NCBI GenBank assembly: GCA_051294375.1
Contig: CM119269.1
Span: 19,629,936-19,693,935, forward strand
Source: Paraspadella gotoi
Taxonomy: Eukaryota; Animalia; Chaetognatha
Direction of reading: 5' to 3'
Length of the DNA stretch: 64,000 bases
The position numbers and the translations under genes are program-made. Below, piece after piece: positions 55,501 to 64,000 of the stretch. Within the stretch, counting starts at the first letter, position 1. The number at the start of each line of letters is the position of its first letter. Below the pieces are notes generated by a model. That model was not told where the DNA came from. It ran no database searches and saw only the letters and a program-made list of their open reading frames with translations.

Positions 55501-58500
55501 CTGCTGCATCCACGACAGCAGCAAATTCTGCGCCAAAGGGCCCAACAGCTGTAGAACGCAGTAGCAAAGAAAGCGCAAGAGGCCGAGAAAGAGAAACTGA
55601 AGACCGAAGATGCGAAAGAAAACGCGCAAAAAATTGGGCGTGGAGGTGAAGCGGCGTCCTTTTCGATCCGAGACGTCTGCGTCGTTTTCGGCGACGCCGG
55701 TTAAGATCGGCGCCGCGCTCCGCTTCTTGGCGAATTCGGTCGACATCCGCTGATCGATCCTTCGGAGGTCGATGTCCTCGGGAAGATGGAAGACGTCGTC
55801 TAAATTGTCCAAACTTTGACCGCGGCGCAGAAGAGGATGGAGCCAGGAAAAGACGAGGTAACCGAAGGTCGTCGTATCTTCCGCTTTGATTGTGGAGGAA
55901 GAGGAAACGAGGGCGCCGTCTTCATCGTCGTCGTCGCGGGCGAGTGGCAACGTCAAGTACCCTTCGGCACGACCGGCGCGCAAAAGCGGCGCTCTTTCTC
56001 CGGCGTCCGGCGATTCGTTGATGGCGATTGCTCTCGTTTCTGTAAATAGTGGTGATTTTTTAAGAGCTTTTTTTACTTTACAAACCTTTACATTTGTTTT
56101 TATTATGGGTTTTTATATTTTTTATAAAAAATTAATTAAATGAAAATTTAACATAGTAAATTGATAAGTAAATGAAAGTCAAGTCACCTTCAAAGGATCT
56201 TCTTCTCCTTATCCTTCTCCTCTTCCACTTCCTCCTTCCGCAACTGACGCAGGCGACGTAGACGTCGACGACCACAGCGACGCCGTAAGCGCACAACAGC
56301 GCCGCCGCAAGATTATTCGGCTCCGCCCAAGACTCTGCGGCGTCGTAGTCACGTACGCCCGAGCGAAGCAAGACGACGCCGGAACCAAACCACGTCAAAT
56401 AGGCGACGAGCGGCGTTCCAGGAGGGCAACGACGCAGAATTACGCCCACCGACGCCGTCAGGGCGAAGGCGGCGACGACGGCGCCGACGACCAGAGCCGG
56501 AGTTAAATCTTCGACGCCGGATAGAAAGTAGAGGACAGCTGGACGGAGGAGGAGGAAGAGAACGAGCAAGGGGCGGAGAATCCATCGGAGGACAGAAGGA
56601 CGGAATGAGGAGGAAGAGGAGGAAGAAGGAGGAAAAGACTGTCTGACGCAGCAGGACAGCAGGGCGACGAGGAAGAGCAGCAGCGGCGGGGTGGGGACGA
56701 CGACCAGGGCGGAGAAGCAGGGCGAGAAGTCGGTGGCGTTGGAATCCCAGACGATGAAGTCGAAGGAGGAGGAGGAAGAGGAGTTGATCGGTCGACATAG
56801 AAAAGAGATGAGTTCAGAGGAGGGAGATGATGTCATGGTGGACAGTTGGGCGAGGTCGGTGATTGGAGAAAATATTTCTCAACCACGAATAAGAGGTGGT
56901 TGCTGTAAGGGATGATTTTAGATTTAATAAATTGAAATACAGTTTATAAAATTGAAATAAAAAGATACGATTCTAAATATATTAAAAAACTGAAATAATT
57001 TATGACATTTCATGATTAAACTAAGTCGAAGATAAACTGAGAAATTTGTTCGACAATTAAATATAAAAAAAAAAGATTGCGTCTACTTACGAGAATAGCC
57101 GACTAAACGATTACGCAAGAACAGGTTTTGTTGACTGTTCGACTGTTATCGACCAAAGAGAGGTAGGTTCCGAGGTAAGGGTGATGCGCGCTGCGCATTT
57201 GTTTGAAAATCCAACTTAAAAAGCTCTCGATGAAAAGAGATGTCAATGCACGCCGTCGATAAGAGTAGCGGTTGTTACAGTGAGATAGTCTAATAATCAT
57301 TAAATTAAATATTTATCTGTTTCTACGCGACGCAAATTTCGAGCCTGAATTAGGTCCTAGACTTCGACTGACTCAACAGTCAACAAATTAAACCACGACA
57401 TGCAAAGTAGAAAAGATGTTCTTTTGTTGCTCTTAAGATTTCAGAATTGTTAACCGACGGTGATAACCATATGAAATCTCGAAACTGTAAAATACGCGAA
57501 ACCCATTTAAAAATTAATTAATAATTTTGGCTAAAGTTGTTTTAAATAGCTAGAAATTTAATAGCCAAGCTATCAAACTACCTTCTTGACTAATCTATCC
57601 TAAATCTATCCTATATTAAAATATAATTAGCCAGTAAAAAAAAACGCCACCAACCAACAGTAAGCAACTGTATTCACTCGCACCCCTTTCAATCTCTCTC
57701 ACTTGTTCCACGGTTTCCTCATGGCCATGAGCACGAGGAATTGCCCGCCATAGTGAACGGCTACTCGGAGGAGGAACGTAAAGAAGATCATGAGCACCAT
57801 GGCCCAGAAGTCGGGCGTCCGCCACTGCGAGAGGCCCAGTTCAGAGAGCAATTGACGCCTGGCGTAGGAGGCCCGTTCCCAGGCTGGTTCGCCTGTCGAC
57901 GGGGTACAAGAAATAGCTGAGGGGAACTTTTTTTATATTTCATTTTTTTAAAATTGTTGTTTACTTATTTATTTATTTATTTAATCTCATCTCTTCTCAG
58001 TTCTCACTAACCTAAGCTTCTTTTCTCAGAAAATGGGGGTTTAACGGCGAATTCGTGATGCTCCAGCTGCTGCAGATGCGTCAACCGTCGTTGCGGCTGT
58101 TGACGTCGCTGCAACATCATTGTCTTAGGAAGAAGCGCAAACCTGAAAATAGAAACCGTAAATAAAATAAAAAAATATATAAATTTAAAGTAAAGACGAA
58201 TACTCCATATATCCTCACAAGATCGTTCTATCACATCTCTTCATTCACTCACATTTTATTCTGGTAAATGTCGACGGGATTGAGTAGGTGGCGCTTGTAG
58301 TACATTCCTGTCTGACCTTTGACCGGAAGGAAACTCTCATCGACGTCGTCGTCGTTGGCTGGAACGAGCCGCTTTTTGTCGTCATCGTCGTCGTCGTCGT
58401 CGTCTTCGCTGGAATCATCACTTTGGGCAACGAAGAGTTTTTTGCCGAAACTTCGGCTTCCGATTGTCGTCATGGGTCGACCTCTGCCTCTTCCGCCGCA

Positions 58501-61500
58501 GCCGTCGGCCCCACCGCCGCTTAAGACGGACGAATCGGCGACTTTGTTGTTCTTCGTCTTTCGACCCAAAATGGCTTTTCCCTTATAGGGTCTTCGTCGT
58601 TTCGGTTCCGTCGAAATCAATGAATCTTCCGAACTCGATTTGAGTCTTGTGAGCGCCGCGAGTCCCGCCGGCGTCGCGGTCAGCGCCGGCGACGCCGCCC
58701 CTTGCAGCGCCAAGGAAGACGAAGATCCTAGAAGCGGCGTTCTGAACGACAAGAAATTCAATTTTTTTTTAAAAAAAATGAAAACATATCTAAGAATAAC
58801 AAAACATCGAAAATACTATTAATACCGCTTAAAAAAATATCTTCAAAAGTTAACGCCCACTTTCCTACGCTGTTTCCTGTTGATGTTTATTTTACGTTTT
58901 TACGGCAAAACAGACGGAAGCGAGAGTCAATCGGCCTCGCTCCGACAGACCGAGGTCCCGATATTTGTCTCTTACCCGCCACGTGGCGTCTCCACCGGCG
59001 TTGGAATGACGTCAGAGACGGTCGATCCGGCGCCGATTTCCGGTTCTTCGCCGTCGCGCGACGCCTCGGCGCCGACGACGCGATCCGGGTGACCGAGAAG
59101 GGAGGAGGTGAAGTTGATCTCCACCTCGAACTCCTTTTGGCCACCGAGGTATCTGGTGGTGGTTGAAGAGTTTGTTGAGGTTTGGCGCGATTTAGAAAGG
59201 GGTCGCGCATATAGTTGTCATTGTGGCAACAGCCGGGTTGCCTGCGATGCCCATTGGGATGGGGCATCTAATTTTTGGCTTTGGGGAGCTTTCTACCCTC
59301 AGTGACGCCTCCTGCCACTGGCGCGGTTACCCTAGGACGGTCTCGCTTTGCCAAAACAGTGAGAAGTCACACATTGAGCGCCACTCTAAGGTCGGGTAAG
59401 GCTGACTCGGGGGAAAAAACTAATAAAACGCTGGACGGGAGAGGGCTGGTGAGAGAAAAAAGAGAGAGAAAGCGTGAAAGAAACCCTAACCCTGGCCTCG
59501 GCCCTGGATCTCCGGGAGGAGGGGGAGGAGGATGAAAGAGAAATGAAGAGGAAACGTTGCATGCTGACGAAGCCAATCGGATCTTTCGGATCCAATCGGA
59601 TGGAACGTAACGCTTAGAATGGTGCGTTCCCCCTCCGAGCCAAGGGGATTGGCTGAACGATGGTGGATGTGAGGCGGTGTGAATATACCACCACATCATT
59701 GTAATATTGATAATACTAATACTACTTCACCATATCAATAAATAAAGTACTATTTCTTGATCCAGACCCACGCCCTATCATCAACCTTCCCCTCCTGACC
59801 TCGGCAGCCTAACGACTTCGAAGTAAAAATTGCAGAGCCAATTGTCGATGTCCTCGTTGATGATTTCCTCCAACTTTTGATGCTTTTCGATCCGCGGGTC
59901 CATCTCTCCGCGGAGCATCGGGCACTTGTATTTTCCTTGTTAAAAAACGAAAAAAAACAAAAAAAACATGCTTTCAAAAAAAAAATCGGTAATTACCGTT
60001 AAATTATCGTATGTAGTGCTTGAAGTGGTTTGAGATTAAATCTAACCTTTCAATTAGTGAAAGTATAGAGGGCACTGCCCGTGTTTAATCAAACAATCAA
60101 TCAATTGAACGATTGATCGATTTTTAACCGTTGATCATTTATTCAATAATTAAAATTATATTCGTAAATGAAGAATGAAAATAAACTAATTACTCAATCA
60201 ATCATTCAAGGAAGAATCAATCGATCAATCTCTTCGTCGTCCACCTTCTATGATGTTGAAGTCCGAGTTGGAGATGGGAAAGCATCCCCACGCGACGACC
60301 CTGTCCGTGTTGACGACGGCGCCTCTCAACAAAAAGACCTCGAAGACAAGGATCATCCCAGGACGGACGTCCGGTTTTGACGGACAGACAGTGAAGACGG
60401 ATTGATTGATCTGTGAGTCGGGCGGAGTTTGGCAGATATAAGATAAAAAAAAAAAAAAAGAACAAAAACAACAATAACAGAAGCAGAGAGCAGCAACAAA
60501 CCCCGCGCCTTTTCCCCGTCTCACCTTGATCTCGACGTCGTGAAACCTCCCCGCGTGCGTGACGGGCAGCGACGCCCCTCCCCACTGTTGCCCCTTGAGT
60601 TTGGACCAGCGGAGGACGTTGCCCCCGAGTCGGTTGTAGAGCGACGCCATGACGACGTAGCGGCCGCGGGGGAGTTTGTCGCGGACACCGCGAAGGCATT
60701 TTAGACTGGGAACGATTTGGATTTGATGTAGGATAAATGCAAGTATTGTAGTCGGGCATTGCTTACTGCTAAGGTTCACACCGCCTATAGGCATGACACC
60801 TTCAGTTGTGACCCGGTGGCTCATTGAGTAAAGCCATCAGCTCATGACCACTAGGTACCGGGTTCAATCCTAACTTATCCTGCGGGAAGCGTGAGAACGG
60901 CCGTAAACCACCTTGGGGCGTGGAAAACCCTCAAGCCCGATTCCAAGCCCAGGACATGTTCCATTGCTGCTGCGGGGGCACAGAAGATACGGAAAGAAGT
61001 CTTCAGCCCACTTAGCGCCTTATTCACAGGAAAATTATTTTAGGAATGAGTAAATGAGCGCATAAATGAATTAATGCAAGGATAAATGATTTATTTGATT
61101 GATTGATAGTTATGAGTGTTAAATTATCAGCGTAAAATTAGGAATGAAAGGAAATACAAACTAAAAAATAAAAAACCCGCCAAAATTAAAAAACATAAAT
61201 AATTAATTAAAAACAAAAAAGGCTAATAAGCCCACAAAAAATACTTACCAAACCCACTCCACTTACCGAATCTGCACCGGCTGCGGCGTCTTCTCCCACT
61301 CCACCTTCCATCTCCTTCCTTTGGCCCCTCCGTATTCGCCGTCGGCCAAAGTCAAGTCTCCGTACATCGTCTCCACCTCTGGGAAATAAATTACCCTTAT
61401 GTCGATTTCTTCATACCATAGTATTTTTTAAACATCACACTGTGGCATCAAACTCCGGCTTCCATGTTTTTCTCACCGGCTTTCCTGTGCCGGAGAGCCC

Positions 61501-63522
61501 AGAGCAGTTGGCTCTCGGCCCTCTTGAAGGCGTTGTGGAGGATCTCCAAGTGCATCCTGTCTCGATGTCGAAGGGCAGACTTCTCCCATTTGATCTTCGC
61601 CAACTGCCTTTTCGCTTCGGCGACGACGCGACGTTTCGCGGACTCTTCCTGAGGGGGCGGGGGCGGAGAGGGGTAGGGAAATGGTAAGGTAGTGAAAAAG
61701 TAAGAACTTTAAAGGTAGAAATCGGAGTTAATGCGAGAGAAGCAAGAAATGGCTGCACGGGAAGGTCGTCTGCGTCCTCGACTTCCCTCATTTAACTTGG
61801 GGCAATTGATTATAATCACTGGCCAAGTTGTCAACTTTTGTTGTACGCATCAAGACAAATTTAATCAAATGTTTTTAATATATTATTCTAAAAATCTAAT
61901 GTTATGTTGATTTTTAATATATTTATAACATAATCGATTTTGGATAAAAAAAAGTTTTTTAGCTCTTCTCTCAACCCTCACCCCAGCTTCCTACCTGCAG
62001 CATCAGCAGCTGCTGCCTCTTGATGATCAACTCGGCCTCCTTCGCCACCCGCCGCACCCTCCCTTCTCTGTAGGCCTTCTCCTCTTCCTCCAACTCCTCC
62101 GCCGTCCGAACTCTCGTCAACTGATCCGCGACTTGACGCTCGAAGTCGCGTAGCGCGTCGTCGTCCTCGTCGTCGTCGACGTTTTGGCGAAGCGTGGCTC
62201 GGAGATCGGCGATCTCGGCGTAGGTGGGAACGTTGTTGGCGTGACTGAAGAGGTTGGGGAAGTCGGAGGCGTCGGTGGGAGCTGGGAGGGGATGAGAAGG
62301 AAGGAGGATCACGAGGGGAAGCCGGCCGAGGAGCTGCGTGTACTCGGCTAAAAACACTGGGTGTACATTGAAAAATAAAAACGAACTGCACGGTGCACAA
62401 ATTAAACCATTAAATCGAGAGAATAGAGAACAGAAATCGGAGAATACTACCTAAAAAATAGAAAATGGAATAAAAAGTAATCGGGAATTAAAAAATAACT
62501 TTTTATATTTTATTTCAATTTATGTTAACCTGCTCGAGCTAACGTCTCGGATTCCGTTGAGTCTTCCAGGCGAAACGTTTCTAGTTCGTCAGCCTACCAT
62601 GAAAAAGTAACCTTTTTTATTGTTGTATTGACATCGCGTGCACAGTTTATTTATTATATTTTTTTGTGAATTAAAATTTAACGCATGAAACGCTAATATT
62701 AGAAGAAAATTTATTAGTGAATTTTACAATGGCAATTTTATTGGGGTTTTTTTTGGCCAATATTTCGATTTACATAGAGAAATCTTTTTTCAATATAGCC
62801 TTGAAAAATGATTTTTCCATGTAAATCGAAAAATTGGCCAAAAAAAACAAACAAACAAACAAACAAAAACAATAAATTGCACCCACTGACATTTTTTTAT
62901 TTTTTTACTTTTTACAATATTATTTTAACATTTAATACAAAATTAATTATTTACTTATTTAGTATCGAACCTGAAAGGACTGGTTCTCAAGCTCGGCCAG
63001 CATCTCATAGAGTTTCTTCATTTGGTCCAAAGATTTTTCTGGCGTCGAAGTCAGGTCTAAATCGTCGGGGGATTCGAAATCGCTCGGACTCCCGAAAGAA
63101 AACTGAAATCGACGGTTGATATAAAATTTATAGGTTGTTTATTCTTTTATGTACATATATATAAATTACTGTCTCCTAAAATTAAACGTACTTGATATAT
63201 TTGTACGTATACGTGGAATACAAAAAATATTTATTTTCTGCAATTCCGGTACGAAACGTAAAGATAATGTTATTAAGGACATTGAGAAAATTTTAGCATC
63301 TATTTTGGCACATTTGTCAGTACATATGAGAAAACGACTCAACGCTAAAACGCTAATTTTTATCCGCTCTATCACTGTCACAATCATTTGAAATCTTGTT
63401 ACATATTCTTTTACAACGAATACTACTCACTTGGGAGCCAGTCAGCGAAGACTAATAAGAAAATAGAAAGAAATCATTCGACATCATTCAAATCATCTCT
63501 CTCTCTCTCTCTCTCTCTCTCA

Positions 63523-63604
<82 letters not shown>

Positions 63605-64000
63605 CTCTCTCACTAAGCTCACTAACCTTAGAATCCACTCGTTCTTCCGTCGAAAGGCCCCCGATTTCTGCTTCCATGACATCTTCAGTCCCTTGCAAAT
63701 CCAACTGCAAATCGGCTTGAAAATCAGGCGGTCGCTCCCTCAGTGAATCTGGCAGTGAATCGGATTGTGACTCCGGTTGTGGCTCCCGCAATGACTGTGA
63801 CTGCAGCTCCATAGGTTCCGATTGCATTTCCGGCCGAATCTCCGTTTCGGACTCGGTTTTCGAAACTGTTTCCAAAACAGTTAAAGAATCACTTTTTTTT
63901 CCTATTTTGATTTCGGGAACCTCGATGATTTGAGAATCTGAAGGCACTTGGGAAGAGTAAGTTGACGATACTTGTCTATATCCATCGCCGTGTTTTTCCT
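42148..64000 (-). CDS. OFCC1: OFCC1-like multi-pass membrane protein, many exons, 5' end uncertain or beyond the window
   Basis: Phase-compatible exons giving PQPVQIR|[114 protein letters not shown]|LPDGAILEV; last exon 42266-42148. One apparent frameshift near 57782. Family recognised from memory of OFCC1 motifs; exons above ~62350 are tentative. Confidence 0.78.
42361..42555 (-). mobile_element. Divergent family (A2) element: 5' hairpin, tRNA-Gly-like head, twister
   Basis: Minus strand: TATGGTGGA..TCCACCA hairpin; A box TGGTGCCGGAGG; CTCCCAG anticodon-like loop; B box GGTTCTAGCC; CAACCGTTCA/TGAACGGTTG encloses head plus ribozyme. No TSD found. Confidence 0.7.
42373..42448 (-). ncRNA. Type-P5 twister ribozyme (family A2)
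   Basis: P5 AGCAGT/ACTGCT; GA-CGG; TAA CCC GC C; P3 TGTAAC/GTTACA; P4 CCTGA/TCAGG; L4 TCCGAAGC. Stem changes relative to family A preserve pairing. Confidence 0.82.
43024..43224. mobile_element. MITE with ~22-bp TIRs and internal TTAGGG-like repeats
   Basis: GGTTACTTTTACTTTCGCCGA versus reverse complement of the end GGCCAAATTTTACATTCGCCGA; flanks ctaatttgt / ctaattttg form an imperfect 9-bp TSD. Confidence 0.6.
44709..44956 (+). mobile_element. Family A LTR (clipped ends) plus fragment of the internal region
   Basis: Matches 14264-14490; head closed by GAATCAGCAG/CTGCTGATTC; after CCACA continues gacgggcacttttaat, similar to 6581-6603. Confidence 0.8.
44812..44894 (+). ncRNA. Type-P5 twister ribozyme (family A)
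   Basis: Same fold as 14370-14452; the two differences fall in loop or linker positions; predicted cut at 44840/44841. Confidence 0.8.
48474..56836 (-). CDS. ABCC10: ABC transporter subfamily C, ABCC10/MRP7-like, multi-exon
   Basis: TMD0-like first exon; NBD1 GVVGSGKSS and [19 protein letters not shown]; NBD2 [42 protein letters not shown]. Confidence 0.88.
51506..51760 (-). mobile_element. Family B solo LTR, 255 bp, AAAC TSD, in an ABCC10 intron; twister at 51558-51638
   Basis: aaac at 51502-51505 and 51761-51764; A box TGGCTCAGAGG, B box GTTCCATCC; twister L1 GA changed to GG. Confidence 0.9.
52623..53020. mobile_element. AT-rich palindromic MITE in an ABCC10 intron
   Basis: Imperfect inverted arms of ~190 bp centred near 52822 (e.g. 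aaaaaactatattt / aaatatagtttttt). Confidence 0.65.
54116..54602. mobile_element. Foldback/MITE with ~180-bp inverted arms in an ABCC10 intron
   Basis: tcataatggagtgcagtg / cactgcactccattatga; catatatttcgacata / tatgtcgaaatacatg; gagagagagacaataacaa / ttgttattgtctctctctc. Confidence 0.75.
59222..59695 (-). mobile_element. Family B long variant, 474 bp, TGTGG..CCACA, TCAT TSD; degenerate twister at 59273-59356
   Basis: tcat at 59218-59221 and 59696-59699; P5 covaries to TTTTGGC/GCCAAAA; L4 mutated to TAGAAAGC; ~220 bp extra between B box and ribozyme. Confidence 0.88.
60747..61028 (+). mobile_element. Family C: tRNA-Met-like head plus degenerate twister-like domain; boundaries approximate
   Basis: A box TGGCTCATTGAG 60817-60828; B box GGTTCAATCC 60861-60870; TAA ACCACC TTGGGG..CCTCAA GCCCGA TTCCAAGC CCAGG; shares TTCACACCGCCT with the family B 5' end. 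Confidence 0.55.

Noticed and set aside
57775-57790. OFCC1-like pseudogenisation or programmed frameshift
   Set aside because: A single apparent 1-nt loss in a homopolymer within an error-prone assembly; the other exons I read look intact.
59551-59606. Hammerhead-like CTGACGA and GAAAC motifs
   Set aside because: No stem II closed by GAAA downstream of CTGACGA, and no consistent stems I and III.

Overview
Eukaryotic, most likely early-branching animal DNA. GC-rich exons, short AT-rich introns and abundant (GA)n/(GAC)n are suggestive of a sponge, but that is not provable here. The first ~25 kb is gappy and contains noisy near-duplicate segments, probably long-read gap fill or haplotigs. Genes: a three-exon secreted inhibitor-cystine-knot peptide missed by the ORF track, casein kinase 1 gamma, a large OFCC1-like gene that appears to carry a complete ABCC10/MRP7-like gene in one intron on the same strand, and an IFI27/ISG12-like pseudogene. 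The main discovery is a set of small non-coding LTR-like elements in at least 3-4 divergent families and 9 loci. Several have TG..CA/TA ends and 4-bp TSDs, and their LTRs combine a tRNA-like Pol III promoter with a type-P5 twister-like self-cleaving ribozyme supported by cross-family covariation. One locus shows LTR-PBS-short internal region-PPT-LTR, i.e. a candidate twister-based LTR retrozyme/TRIM in an animal. All folds were read by eye and are untested.
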